A DNA stretch of 53,594 bases from a virus (IMGVR_UViG_3300044617_000068:1-53594); one strand, 5' to 3'. Shown: positions 43,060 through 53,093, counted from the stretch's first letter. The notes: generated from the letters alone by a model not told the origin. Made by a program: numbers and translations.

Positions 43060-43140
43060 TGTTTTGTTCTCCTATAATGCCGGGTTCTAGCCGGTACGCG
43101 GCGGGGACCGCATAAATCATGACAACAACGTCATGAATAT
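43060..43140 (-). promoter_or_regulatory. Structured 5' leader, candidate cis-regulatory RNA
   Basis: Three consecutive hairpins between the TAAATA box (43145-43150) and the SD; GC-rich against an AT-rich background. Confidence 0.5.
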
Positions 43141-43179
43141 AAAGTATTTATCAAAAAAGTCTATTTTTTTACGCGGCTA

Positions 43180-43737
43180 TTATTCTGTAGGGCCACCGGC
43201 TGATGGAGTTGCTAATACTCCACTTGTGCCAGTGTTAGGATGAGGCATACCTAATTCAGTAATACTGAATTCATGCGGGCTACCACCGCCTATGTCTAAG
43301 AATGATACAACGTTACCTTGACCCACGATGATACTATTTTGAATAGTATTTGCAGGAATGATCGTTGAGTTAGCATCTGCTACAGTGTATGGCACACCAT
43401 ATGGATTATATCGTGCAGTAGCACCTGATATTGCTACTGCGGCGTTAGCAGTCAATGTTAGACTTGTATTGTTAGCAATAGATTTTACAATTCCTACTGT
43501 ACTACCTGCTGTATTTCCTATCCAAGCACCTACATTTAATTGTGACAAGAATGCCGTGCCTGATCCAGTAACAGTATTGCTGTTCGTAGCACAAGTTACA
43601 GTACCAGTTAACGCAACATTGGGAAAACTGGTAGTATATTGAATTGGTGAAGCCGTAGTCGCAATTCTGACTTTATCAGTTGCTATGTTTGCTGATGCTG
43701 TAGCTGAACCACTTGCTGTATATACGTATGATGTCAT
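43180..43737 (-). CDS. Virion structural protein
   Basis: T/A/G/S-rich; shares a TVTG.GT.F...L..G module with 42052..43059; TAAATA box at 43756-43761. Confidence 0.62.
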   Translation of the reverse strand: MTSYVYTASGSATASANIATDKVRIATTASPIQYTTSFPNVALTGTVTCATNSNTVTGSGTAFLSQLNVGAWIGNTAGSTVGIVKSIANNTSLTLTANAAVAISGATARYNPYGVPYTVADANSTIIPANTIQNSIIVGQGNVVSFLDIGGGSPHEFSITELGMPHPNTGTSGVLATPSAGGPTE

Positions 43738-43761
43738 TGTCTTAATCCTGTCTTGTATTTA

Positions 43762-45732
43762 TCAAACTATCCTAAAGGATAGCCCACCGCTCATAGTGTA
43801 TGTCCCTGAAAGAGTTCCGGTAGTGTTTGAATCTAAATTATATAATACTCGTCTAGTACCACCCATAAGACTATTTAAGTCTGCCCAATCTGCGCTCATA
43901 GCAGTAGAAGGGTCGGGTCCTTGATAGAATGTAGTTGCTTGTTGTAAAGGTACTGTTTGTAACCATGTTCTTATATCGGACCAAGTCCATGAACGGTTAC
44001 TCTGAAGTTTCGTTGCTATCAAACCGGCTGCTACCGGACAGGCTGCGCTAGTACCACTAAAACTACAGTCAGTAGAAGTAAGGTACCCTGTTATTTGATC
44101 ATATCTAGAATATGCACTATAATTTTTATTTGATGACATGGTACCGTCAGCAGGTGTATAACAGTCTATCTGCTCACCCATATCGCTGTAGTTTACCTTG
44201 CGTTCTTTGCCATCTGGTTGATAGTTATCATCTAAAGCACCTATATTGATAGCAGGATAAACGACATTGCTTCCTGAGATATATTGTCCTATCTGCTGAG
44301 GGAATCCCCTACGATTAGTAGTGTTATAGCAGGTACTACCAAATTCATCATGCACTGCACTACTCAGTGGTGTGGCTGCTGAATTAGACCAATAATTATT
44401 GTAATCTGTTTGATCACTACCTACCTGTTTTTGATTGCTATTTCCTGCCGCCGCTATAAAAATAACTCCAGCAGATATTAATTCGTCACCGGCAGTAGTT
44501 AAACTATTTGTGAGCATCTCACCTTTGCATCGTCCTGCATCACCGGTCGAACCTATATAACGCATGAATTCTGGTTTAGTACCTGAATAAGCAACACCGC
44601 CTGTTCCCGTAGTGCCTTGTCTAAAATAGTAGTATCCAGTAGAAGGAGTAGTGTCTCTGAATCCCCAACTGTTACTAGTGATAGTAGGATCTTTTGTGCC
44701 GAATAGCGGATTGACAGGTTTAGTCTGATGGAATATCTTGACCACATCAAAATAATTGTCTATAGGCCATAATCCATTGTTACCATATGCGTTCACAAAC
44801 CACTTGTTAGCATTGTATGCCCATCCAAATGTTCTACCATATGCTAATCCTGCACATGCAGTACCGTGTGTACCGTCTACTGATTGAGTAGTATTATTAC
44901 CATTACAATTTGCCCTATTATAATAAGATGGAATGGCTACAGTACCTGCGCTAGCGAAAGTTGATGATCGTGCGCTACTATTGCTCCACCATTCTCTAGC
45001 AACTGCTTCAACGGGTACAGTTGTGCCATCCCAGCGAGTAGTCAATCTTGTTCCTGGGCTAGCATTGAACCATGCAGGATCGATATAATAAGGACCCTCT
45101 AATACGACATCAAGTAAATCACAAGTGCCACTACCGGGTAATTTATTACCGCCTACATAGTCAGTGGGGCTATATGCTGAAGTCCAACTAGCACTTCTAT
45201 TAAATTCTACATGTCCGAACCAACAACCATCATCACCTACTATGATGTCTATGTTAGTGCCTGTATTAGTTGTATTAGGAATCGTGCTATCAAAAACAGT
45301 AGTAGAGGCTACTCCGTACCATGGACTAGCATATTGATTACATCGTAATAACTGATAGCCCGATCTGTTTAATTCTGCTGATGTTGCTGGATTAGGTAAT
45401 CCTGTGCTAACAAAGTTATTATAGCATTTTGCGTTTGCGCTATACCTAGGAGTGTTGTATAAATCTTCAGGTGCGGGACGAGGTGTTTCCGGATAATTAG
45501 CAACATTTATCTCAATAAATTTTATGTCTGGATGATTACTAAGTTGAGCGGCTTCTTCATCGGTCATCAAGTATACTGCTCTGGTAGGACTATGTTCTTT
45601 TAAGTCAGTGCATTCTATTTGTCTGCTAGGAATATTATCTTCTAAAGTGCCATCGGCAGTGAGTACTGCATGAACTCTGTTCCATGCCTCTTCTGTAGTA
45701 GTGCCTATGACATAGTATTTTTGTTCGCTCAT
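43762..45732 (-). CDS. Subtilisin-like serine protease (S8)
   Basis: Catalytic D (IIVGDDG), H (HGTACAG), oxyanion N (AAAGNS), S (FSGTSAACPVAAG); N-terminal propeptide-like region. Confidence 0.88.
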   Translation of the reverse strand: MSEQKYYVIGTTTEEAWNRVHAVLTADGTLEDNIPSRQIECTDLKEHSPTRAVYLMTDEEAAQLSNHPDIKFIEINVANYPETPRPAPEDLYNTPRYSANAKCYNNFVSTGLPNPATSAELNRSGYQLLRCNQYASPWYGVASTTVFDSTIPNTTNTGTNIDIIVGDDGCWFGHVEFNRSASWTSAYSPTDYVGGNKLPGSGTCDLLDVVLEGPYYIDPAWFNASPGTRLTTRWDGTTVPVEAVAREWWSNSSARSSTFASAGTVAIPSYYNRANCNGNNTTQSVDGTHGTACAGLAYGRTFGWAYNANKWFVNAYGNNGLWPIDNYFDVVKIFHQTKPVNPLFGTKDPTITSNSWGFRDTTPSTGYYYFRQGTTGTGGVAYSGTKPEFMRYIGSTGDAGRCKGEMLTNSLTTAGDELISAGVIFIAAAGNSNQKQVGSDQTDYNNYWSNSAATPLSSAVHDEFGSTCYNTTNRRGFPQQIGQYISGSNVVYPAINIGALDDNYQPDGKERKVNYSDMGEQIDCYTPADGTMSSNKNYSAYSRYDQITGYLTSTDCSFSGTSAACPVAAGLIATKLQSNRSWTWSDIRTWLQTVPLQQATTFYQGPDPSTAMSADWADLNSLMGGTRRVLYNLDSNTTGTLSGTYTMSGGLSFRIV

Positions 45733-46130
45733 AATCTACCAACCATTATTTCTACAAAACCTTCACCGCTATCAGTTTTGTTTTCTATCGCTTTTCCTAT
45801 CACTGAGCCTAAGTTAGGTGTGATGATGCTAGTCTTCGCAAAGCCATTACCTGCGCTCACTAACATATCGCCTTTACTTACCCAACCTGTTACTTTTACT
45901 TTTACACGGCCTGTCAATGCAATTATTACCGGATGATCAGCCTGTATGCAACCATTCAATACATATGCAGGGTCCTGTGATACTACCCCTGCGACTTTAA
46001 TGCTTTCAGGTGATGCTAAAGTAACTTCTTTATCACCACCGAATTCTAAAACTGTTCCTGGAATATAATTTTTATCTGCTGAGTAATATTCTGCAATGTC
46101 CGCATAAGCCGAAGTAATTGGAAACACCAT
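45729..46130 (-). CDS. Stand-alone tail-fibre C-terminal chaperone/peptidase G2-like domain
   Basis: YADIAEYY, GTVL.FGG.KEVT, VAGVVS..PAY..N, IALTGRV.VKV.G...KGDMLV, GSVIGKA. Confidence 0.65.
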   Translation of the reverse strand: MVFPITSAYADIAEYYSADKNYIPGTVLEFGGDKEVTLASPESIKVAGVVSQDPAYVLNGCIQADHPVIIALTGRVKVKVTGWVSKGDMLVSAGNGFAKTSIITPNLGSVIGKAIENKTDSGEGFVEIMVGRL

Positions 46131-46136
46131 GTAGTA

Positions 46137-48218
46137 TCATCCTATACGCCAGTTGGTACCATCACTATAAACAGGTACAGTATTACTACCGCTACCGCTT
46201 ACTATCGCACCGAAATTACCTGCTGCGATTAGGTTTCCATCACTAATAAATGCTTTCTGACCAGCAGTAGTAGCAGATGGTAAATTTGCGAATGCTACGA
46301 CACTAAGTGTAATGACTGGTACAGATAGTATATTCGTTAAACTATTATAAGTGAATGATGCGTCGCCGTCTAATGCACCGCCGTTGTTGAATTGAACTTC
46401 TGTATCGCCGCCACCGGCTGGTAAGGCTTCACCGCCTCCACCTACAACCACTACATTACCAGTCAACGCACTATTAAATGTTAATGTCAATGCATTAGCA
46501 TTGTTATATGTGATATTAGGGAAGTCATATGTGCCAACCATTGACACATTGTTTGGATATACAGGTGTTACGCTTAGATATCTTGATGCTAGATTATGAT
46601 TGACCACCCATGTAGTATTTGCTACTGATTGAGTATGTGTATAATATCCAGCAATATTGCTACTGCCTATGATCGCTACATTGCCTGCCTCAGCAGAACT
46701 AAATGTTAATGTCAAAGAATTAGCATTTGTATAACTAATTGTCGGCCCATCATATCTACCATACCATGATAAATCTGCGGTACTAGCAGGTGCTACTGCT
46801 ACAAATTCAGAATTAAGATTATGATTTACTGTCCAAGTTGTGCTTGCCGCACCCTGATTGTGTAGATAATAACCTTCACTATTACCGCTATCGCCTACGA
46901 TGGCAACATAACCTGTTATTGCGCTATTGAATGTCAATGTTACAGTATTGGCATTATTATAATAAACATTAGGATAATCATAATGTCCTGTTACTGCTGT
47001 GCTATTAGCGAATACAGGGTTCACGCTAACATATTGAGTGTTTAGATTATGATTGATAACCCATGTAGTATTGGCAGAATTTTGTGTGAATAGATAATAA
47101 CCTACGGCTTCAGTGCCACCACCGCCACCATTCGACCAATAAAGATTACCCAATCCATCAGTAGTCAATACTTGTGTAGGATTGCCACCGCCGATATAAA
47201 CATTAGCATTTGATCCTAAGTTACTTGTACCTGTAACTGTCAAATTAGGAACTGTCAAGTTGCCCGTGCTAGTGATGTTTGGTTGTGCTGAGGTCGTTAA
47301 TGTTCCTGTGAATAAGTTTGCAGTAACTATGTTAGCACCTATAGTGCCGCTGTTGGCATAGATATTCGCAACTGTTGTTGCATTGCCTAATGTTAAATTC
47401 TTGTTTGTATAATCGTATAGAAATACTGCATCACCGGCAAAGTCTGCGCCTGAATTATATTGTACACTTAGATTTGAACCACCGGGCTCTCCGCCATTCG
47501 CAGATACAGTATTGAATATAACTATACCTGTATCAGTAGGATAAGTTCCGTATGTTGAACTATTAACAGGGATTAATAATGCAGAGTCTTGATAGAGATC
47601 ATAAAGTTGTATGTTTCCTGCTACTGGCTTTAAGAAGAAATTATCACCATTTAGATTAGTAGAGTATGTACCGCTACTATTACTAATCATGTTGATAGTT
47701 ATCTCAGCACCCTGATCGAATGGGTATGCATTCTGTAATGTCAATCTTGCTGTTGAATTTGCTGATATCGTATTGATATTTTGTACTACTGTGCCTTTAG
47801 GAGTCCAGTTCAATGCTCCAGAACCATCTGTAGTCAGTACATAACCTATAGCACCGCCACCTATATATAGGTTATCGATGTTTCCTAGATGTATAGGAGT
47901 TGAAGTCCAATAACTTGAATTTGCGGGTGCTGATGCATTTCCCCCAGCATTTACCCAATAACCATTGTTGAAAACTAAAACTTGGCCGTTTGCGACATTG
48001 GCCTCGATATCGAGGTTTCCTATCGCGCCGTCTAATTGACTGAATGATATTTCACTATAGGCGGTTAATACTTCCACATTTTCAGTGGCACCTAAAGTTT
48101 TTCCTATGAATAGGAGTTTCTGATCGCTTGCAAAACCGAATTCCGCTTCGTCAAGTTGTGGAAGATCGACTAAATCACCTGATCGTTGCTGAATTTTGGA
48201 AATCTGTATAATAGACAT
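46137..48218 (-). CDS. Tail fibre protein with Mtd-N-like N-terminus
   Basis: IQQRSG...LPQL..AEFGFA.D...LFIG; Asn/Thr-rich shaft; three HNL/YDxP modules; ends VYSDGTNWRIG. Confidence 0.75.
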   Translation of the reverse strand: MSIIQISKIQQRSGDLVDLPQLDEAEFGFASDQKLLFIGKTLGATENVEVLTAYSEISFSQLDGAIGNLDIEANVANGQVLVFNNGYWVNAGGNASAPANSSYWTSTPIHLGNIDNLYIGGGAIGYVLTTDGSGALNWTPKGTVVQNINTISANSTARLTLQNAYPFDQGAEITINMISNSSGTYSTNLNGDNFFLKPVAGNIQLYDLYQDSALLIPVNSSTYGTYPTDTGIVIFNTVSANGGEPGGSNLSVQYNSGADFAGDAVFLYDYTNKNLTLGNATTVANIYANSGTIGANIVTANLFTGTLTTSAQPNITSTGNLTVPNLTVTGTSNLGSNANVYIGGGNPTQVLTTDGLGNLYWSNGGGGGTEAVGYYLFTQNSANTTWVINHNLNTQYVSVNPVFANSTAVTGHYDYPNVYYNNANTVTLTFNSAITGYVAIVGDSGNSEGYYLHNQGAASTTWTVNHNLNSEFVAVAPASTADLSWYGRYDGPTISYTNANSLTLTFSSAEAGNVAIIGSSNIAGYYTHTQSVANTTWVVNHNLASRYLSVTPVYPNNVSMVGTYDFPNITYNNANALTLTFNSALTGNVVVVGGGGEALPAGGGDTEVQFNNGGALDGDASFTYNSLTNILSVPVITLSVVAFANLPSATTAGQKAFISDGNLIAAGNFGAIVSGSGSNTVPVYSDGTNWRIG

Positions 48219-48251
48219 AGTTGTACATTTACCAAGTAGTACAACTATTTA
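48217..48251 (-). promoter_or_regulatory. TAAATA box overlapping a 10-bp hairpin covering the ATG
   Basis: Minus strand taaATAGTTGTAC-tacttggtaaat-GTACAACTAT(G). Confidence 0.68.
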
Positions 48252-48261
48252 TGCTATTAAA

Positions 48262-48951
48262 TCATATGAACTGCTTATAGTATTGTTCGATTCTCTCGTA
48301 CCATAGGTTCGTATATTTGTCAAATTCCGAGCCTTCTACGATGAATTCTTGATATTGATTATCTGCTGAACACATGAATACTACACCCTTGCGTATCTTA
48401 GTGCCCCATACTTCATTGTGTGCTAGTGCATAGGCTGCTAATTGCAGGAAGTAGTCATCGATCCATTCACGCTTTTTAGGCTTATTTGTCTGCTTATGAT
48501 CCATGATGGTTTCGACATTATCATGTATGCCCACGAGGTCTGTGGTTCCTGCATAGACTTCAGGAAAGTATAGACTGACCTCTGTACCCCAGAATTCCTG
48601 ACATTTGCTCAAGCCCTGTTCAATGATAGTCTGCGCCATCTGATGGCTTTGTATGCTATAAGGATTAGTGCCCGGTTGCCCTGCATTACCAGTCTTTACA
48701 TGATTCTCAAGCCACTTGTGCATACGAGTGCCGCGACCCGCTGCCTCTGTCGTGATCTGTTTAGCCTTCTCTTCGCCTACTCTTTTGCGCCATTCTTGTA
48801 ATGCTTTTTTCTTTTCTTCTGGCTTAGTAGCGTCAAGGATAGTAGTCACGCTGGGAACAGCATGACCATCTGGAGTCATGTACTTGCGTGACCCGTTGAT
48901 TGTTTCGCGTTTTAGTTCTGCGTAGGGGAACTTATTAGGTAAGTAAATCAA
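48262..48951 (-). CDS. PD-(D/E)xK exonuclease
   Basis: PSVTTIL, GTRMH, E..LY, YAGTTDL, IMDHKQT, YFLQLAAYA. Likely TTG start overlapping the iscA stop. Confidence 0.85.
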   Translation of the reverse strand: MIYLPNKFPYAELKRETINGSRKYMTPDGHAVPSVTTILDATKPEEKKKALQEWRKRVGEEKAKQITTEAAGRGTRMHKWLENHVKTGNAGQPGTNPYSIQSHQMAQTIIEQGLSKCQEFWGTEVSLYFPEVYAGTTDLVGIHDNVETIMDHKQTNKPKKREWIDDYFLQLAAYALAHNEVWGTKIRKGVVFMCSADNQYQEFIVEGSEFDKYTNLWYERIEQYYKQFI

Positions 48952-49268
48952 ACTGTAAAACTCTCGCCACAACCGCATCTAGCAGTCTCATTAGGATTGA
49001 TGAAATCAAATCTCTCATTTAATCCCTGCTTTATATAATCTATGGTCAAACCGTCTAAGTATGGATGTGCGTCTTTTGTCACCCATACATATAGGTTATC
49101 ATGTATAGATAACAAATCCTGTTCTCTATTCTCGTCGGCAAATTCGATCTTATAAGAATAACCGTTACAACCTGTCTTAGATATTCCCAATCTTATGCCT
49201 AACCCGCTTCCTCTTTGCTTAATTTGCTCAAGAAATCTATTCTTGGCAGTATCGGTTAGTTTAATCAT
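48948..49268 (-). CDS. iscA: IscA/HesB Fe-S cluster carrier
   Basis: GCNGYSY, LDGLTIDY, F.NPN, CGCGESF. Confidence 0.92.
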   Translation of the reverse strand: MIKLTDTAKNRFLEQIKQRGSGLGIRLGISKTGCNGYSYKIEFADENREQDLLSIHDNLYVWVTKDAHPYLDGLTIDYIKQGLNERFDFINPNETARCGCGESFTV

Positions 49269-49275
49269 ATATGTA

Positions 49276-49305
49276 ATTATACTAAACTATGTCGCAAAAA
49301 CTCAA
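49276..49305 (-). promoter_or_regulatory. sigma70-like promoter of iscA-exonuclease
   Basis: TTGAGT-18 nt-TATAAT, 7 nt before the ATG. Confidence 0.62.
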
Positions 49306-49314
49306 CAGAAATGG

Positions 49315-50241
49315 TTACATGAATCTAAATTTAAAACCTTTATTCATGAGATAGCGATTTATCTGCATGATATGTTGTGGGCCACACAATTCTAAGAATT
49401 TACGATGAAACCCGAATACTGAAATCTCATCTTTGTTGATGACACTATCAGGATCTTCGAATGCCGATGCATCGGCAATCAATGGTGCATCCTCATGGAA
49501 GTTTTCAAAGAAATAAGTGTGAGATATCACGGGTTGATCCTTCAACATAGTATTCACACCTGGCTTGATCTTATCATTTACTGCTAAACTATAGAATAAG
49601 AATTCGCTAGGATTGGCTATGTTCTTATCAACATCCCAATATAATAGTTCCTGGAAAAATTTATCCAAATCTACCCGTTCATTTAACAGATTGTAATCTA
49701 TCTTAAATGGTGTTCTAGGACCTAAGAAATATTTAGGCATCTCTGTCATACCTAATCTATCCATGTAGACATTGACAGTTCCCTGCCAATATTTGCTATG
49801 CAAAGGTGTCGCTAAGAAAGGTTCTTCATTAACTTCTTCAGAATCTTCGTCATCTTTCACTAATTTTTCTAGATAACCAGAACCAATAAAATCGTCATAA
49901 GTTGACATCTTGAAAGGTTGAACGAAAAAGTTTTTAGCGTCAAGCAATAGATAATCTTTTTGCACCAATCTTGAAACAAGCATCTTTAATACTTGCTGTG
50001 TAGCATGTCCGGACAACTCATCCATTCGTTCATCGTCTATTAGAAACCTTCTAGGAATCACATACAGTGTATGATGTTTATAGTAAGGTTTTAGTATGTC
50101 ATGCCAAGCATGTACATCTACATCTTTCTCATTTACTATCACCCAATGTGTGCATGGTTCCATAAAATTCAAGACACTTTCTGCTTGCAATACCATCAAG
50201 TGTCTTTCTATGTTACATGTTATAGTTACTAAGTCTGTCAT
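49315..50241 (-). CDS. Putative GT-A-like (DUF6492-like) protein
   Basis: QQVLKM, YLLLDAKNFF, TPF, SEFLFY. Start at MTDLV (ATGA overlap). Confidence 0.5.
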   Translation of the reverse strand: MTDLVTITCNIERHLMVLQAESVLNFMEPCTHWVIVNEKDVDVHAWHDILKPYYKHHTLYVIPRRFLIDDERMDELSGHATQQVLKMLVSRLVQKDYLLLDAKNFFVQPFKMSTYDDFIGSGYLEKLVKDDEDSEEVNEEPFLATPLHSKYWQGTVNVYMDRLGMTEMPKYFLGPRTPFKIDYNLLNERVDLDKFFQELLYWDVDKNIANPSEFLFYSLAVNDKIKPGVNTMLKDQPVISHTYFFENFHEDAPLIADASAFEDPDSVINKDEISVFGFHRKFLELCGPQHIMQINRYLMNKGFKFRFM

Positions 50242-51047
50242 ATATTCCAACGCTCTCTCATTATTTTTTGATACATATCGGCTAGATATATCTGCCCTTC
50301 TAGATTAGTATGATATCCGGGATCACTATCCGCCTCTGTAGCATAATCACCGAATTTAAATTCAGGCTTGTCATGTGTAGCGCATGGGCAATATGCAAGG
50401 TCAGTAGTGTAATATTTCTCATCTAACAATGGCATCCTCTCACCGCCGTTCCAAAGTGCTAGTGTAGGTATTAGTATGAAAGGTATATTGTTTTTAACTA
50501 ATTCTAAACAGCCTTGTTCAATCATCCATTGATCTTGCTGTTTCTTCCAATTACTATCATATAGATGTGACACATAATCTTGAACAGCCTTTTGTGCTTC
50601 ATCACTTATCTGTAAAGTCTTTCTATAAGGATGATGCCAATTGTGTACTAGACTATTATAATTCTCGCATATCAATGTTGGATTACTATTGTTTTTGTGA
50701 TTGATATTATCATAGCCTCGTGAAGGATCATATTGTGAAGGTTTTCTAGTGAGTAAGTCTAATGTATGCCATATTACCTTAGTCCAATCTAACTTCAATG
50801 TATTGATAGGAATCTCAGTCCTATCAAAAAATGAAGGTATGATTATAGCAAAATCAGGCTTTTGTTTGATGACTTCTTGTATCTGTAGTCTCACTCCGCC
50901 GTTACTGCACCCAGAATATGCGAGGTTCGACAAATCCCAATCTAATCGTTTGGCTAGTATCTCACTAAAGTGAGTGCCAAAATATTCTTCTTTGAGTGTA
51001 GTGGCAGAAAAACTGCATCCACACACCATCAATTTCTTTCTAGTCAT
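50238..51047 (-). CDS. SGNH/GDSL-like hydrolase or acyltransferase
   Basis: VCGCSFS (block I), NLAYSGCSN (block II), DPGYHTN (block V-like). Confidence 0.6.
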   Translation of the reverse strand: MTRKKLMVCGCSFSATTLKEEYFGTHFSEILAKRLDWDLSNLAYSGCSNGGVRLQIQEVIKQKPDFAIIIPSFFDRTEIPINTLKLDWTKVIWHTLDLLTRKPSQYDPSRGYDNINHKNNSNPTLICENYNSLVHNWHHPYRKTLQISDEAQKAVQDYVSHLYDSNWKKQQDQWMIEQGCLELVKNNIPFILIPTLALWNGGERMPLLDEKYYTTDLAYCPCATHDKPEFKFGDYATEADSDPGYHTNLEGQIYLADMYQKIMRERWNI

Positions 51048-51079
51048 GTGGATATTTAATAAAGATAGTAACTATGAAA

Positions 51080-51421
51080 TTATTTCATGGCTTGCTGTGC
51101 CATTTTATCTACTACTTCTTTGCTCTGCTCTGGTGGAGGGGGAGGGTTAGTTTTTTGTGTGGGTGTCAAACCCTTGAACACTACTTCGTCACCTTGTATG
51201 TTTGAGATGACTGTATTTAAAGGTCTAGTTTTTATTAGACCATAGAGATCATCATTACTCAAAACTAACTGTCCACCAGATACCTTTTTAAAAAAGTCTT
51301 TCAACTGTTGGACAGAAATATTTTGTGTGATCTCACCTTTATTCAAGGCAGTCTTTAATTGATCAGTCGCGGCGACCAATCTAACTAACTGCGGATCAGT
51401 GACGAATTCGAAGAGGCGCAT
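51080..51421 (-). CDS. Hypothetical protein
   Basis: 113 aa, MRLFEF start. Confidence 0.65.
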   Translation of the reverse strand: MRLFEFVTDPQLVRLVAATDQLKTALNKGEITQNISVQQLKDFFKKVSGGQLVLSNDDLYGLIKTRPLNTVISNIQGDEVVFKGLTPTQKTNPPPPPEQSKEVVDKMAQQAMK

Positions 51422-51424
51422 GAA

Positions 51425-52138
51425 TTACCTCTTCTCGCGACCGACTCCGCCTTCTGGACCTTGCTCTGGTTCTTCTGCTGGCATTTCTGGAGCAACTTCT
51501 GCATCCATCTCAGCGCCTACTACTTCTTCACCGCCTGGTTCTGTTTGTGTTGCGATGTCAGTCACAGCCATCTCTTCACCGCCGGCCGGCGCAGCACCTA
51601 ATGCTGCCATATCACCCTGACCAGTCATAGCATTCATAGCACCTTGTAGTGATTGTTTGCTTTGGCTTAATGTCTGATTTAATGTAGTTAATGCTTCGCT
51701 TGCTGCCTGATTGAATGCTGTTGATTCATTGACACCAATCTCTGACTGAATGCTATCAGTCAATGCAGGTAGTTCCTTGACAAGCATATCATTAACTTCT
51801 TCGATCATCTTTTGAAGGCTATTGATCATATCTTGTGCGGCAAGGATAACCTGTGATTTCTCAACTTCTTGGTTCTCAATAACGATCTTGGCTTCTTTGG
51901 TAGAATTGTAATGTTCAGTCAATGCCTGACCCATGAACACAAGTTTCATGAAAGCAGGCTTAGTCTGATTGTCATAAAAATCAGGCTGAGACTTTGCTTC
52001 CTTGATTAACTTATAAACTCTTTCTAGCATAGACTTGGCCTGTGCGCGTGTGAGTTTAGTGACATCAAAACTGACATCGAAATTTTCTTTTAGTGCTTTT
52101 AAAGCAACATGGTTTTTGTCAAAATCGTTAAGTTTCAT
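51425..52138 (-). CDS. Hypothetical acidic coiled-coil protein (head/core-like)
   Basis: 237 aa with an acidic Pro/Glu tail; TAAATA box at 52165-52170. Confidence 0.62.
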   Translation of the reverse strand: MKLNDFDKNHVALKALKENFDVSFDVTKLTRAQAKSMLERVYKLIKEAKSQPDFYDNQTKPAFMKLVFMGQALTEHYNSTKEAKIVIENQEVEKSQVILAAQDMINSLQKMIEEVNDMLVKELPALTDSIQSEIGVNESTAFNQAASEALTTLNQTLSQSKQSLQGAMNAMTGQGDMAALGAAPAGGEEMAVTDIATQTEPGGEEVVGAEMDAEVAPEMPAEEPEQGPEGGVGREKR

Positions 52139-52181
52139 GGTATTGATTCCATTAGTAATATATGTATTTATCAGAATCCTA

Positions 52182-52631
52182 TCACTTTGAGTCCTGATAT
52201 TCCTTGTATTTGTTTGTCTGCATGTACTTAGAGATACTGAGGTATCGTTCTAATTCTTGCAAAAACTTGCGTTTTTTAAGTTTTTCCTCATTGAGTTTAG
52301 CGACATATATGAGTTTGTCTGAGTCTGATGCTTTTTTGACCAACTTTTCGTGCTGGGCAATATTGACATTTAAAGACCCTATACCTCTGTCTAACTCGTA
52401 AAGTCTCTTGGTTTCTTTTTCCTTACGGTTCTTGTCGAACACGCAATAGGTCACAGCATACTTGAGACTGGAAAAATCGATAGGTAGAACATATGGATCA
52501 TTGATTAAAGATACGAAATATAGTTCACCTTTTTTAGTGATCAAATAGGTTCCAAATATATTGTAACTCCCATCGTCTTCTTGGACGATGAAAAGTTCTT
52601 TAATATCTTTAATGAAAGAATGTTTGTTCAT
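52182..52631 (-). CDS. Hypothetical protein
   Basis: 149 aa; TAAATA box 5 nt upstream of the ATG. Confidence 0.65.
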   Translation of the reverse strand: MNKHSFIKDIKELFIVQEDDGSYNIFGTYLITKKGELYFVSLINDPYVLPIDFSSLKYAVTYCVFDKNRKEKETKRLYELDRGIGSLNVNIAQHEKLVKKASDSDKLIYVAKLNEEKLKKRKFLQELERYLSISKYMQTNKYKEYQDSK

Positions 52632-52632
52632 G

Positions 52633-53076
52633 TTAATATTTAGCGAAATATATGTTCCTTGTTTCAGAAGTTATATCTAGTATATCGCCCGAATCAATCC
52701 ATTGACTGTCACACTTGATCATGGGTACGCCCTCACAGTCTTTATAAAGTGCGCCCATCTCAGATATACCGTCTTCGAATACGCTACTATGTTGTACTTC
52801 AAAATCAAAGGTCCATATGGGTATGTTTTTACCTTTTAGGGTGTACCCGAAATAATCTATATCAATAAGATTCATATAGTTGACTTGCGGGTCTTTAGTA
52901 ACATCAGGCTGCGCTCTCAACGATATCACTTGTAATATAGTGTCGAAATTGCATTGCGTGTTACGCTTTCTGAACCAGTCATTATTATCTGTTACATCTA
53001 CCCCGGGTCTAGCACGGTTCAACACACCCGTCTTGGTGATATCGAATAATGTATAACATGCTATCCTATGGCTCAT
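52633..53076 (-). CDS. Hypothetical protein
   Basis: 147 aa; TAAATA box 4 nt upstream of the ATG. Confidence 0.68.
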   Translation of the reverse strand: MSHRIACYTLFDITKTGVLNRARPGVDVTDNNDWFRKRNTQCNFDTILQVISLRAQPDVTKDPQVNYMNLIDIDYFGYTLKGKNIPIWTFDFEVQHSSVFEDGISEMGALYKDCEGVPMIKCDSQWIDSGDILDITSETRNIYFAKY

Positions 53077-53093
53077 CCTGTATTTAAAGCCGT

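Noticed and set aside
43075-43140. Structured GC-rich region as a tRNA
   Set aside because: No acceptor stem enclosing the hairpins and no T-arm in the proper context; kept only as a candidate leader RNA.
48262-48951. Exonuclease as CRISPR Cas4
   Set aside because: No four-Cys Fe-S motif, no cas neighbours or array; a common phage PD-(D/E)xK nuclease.
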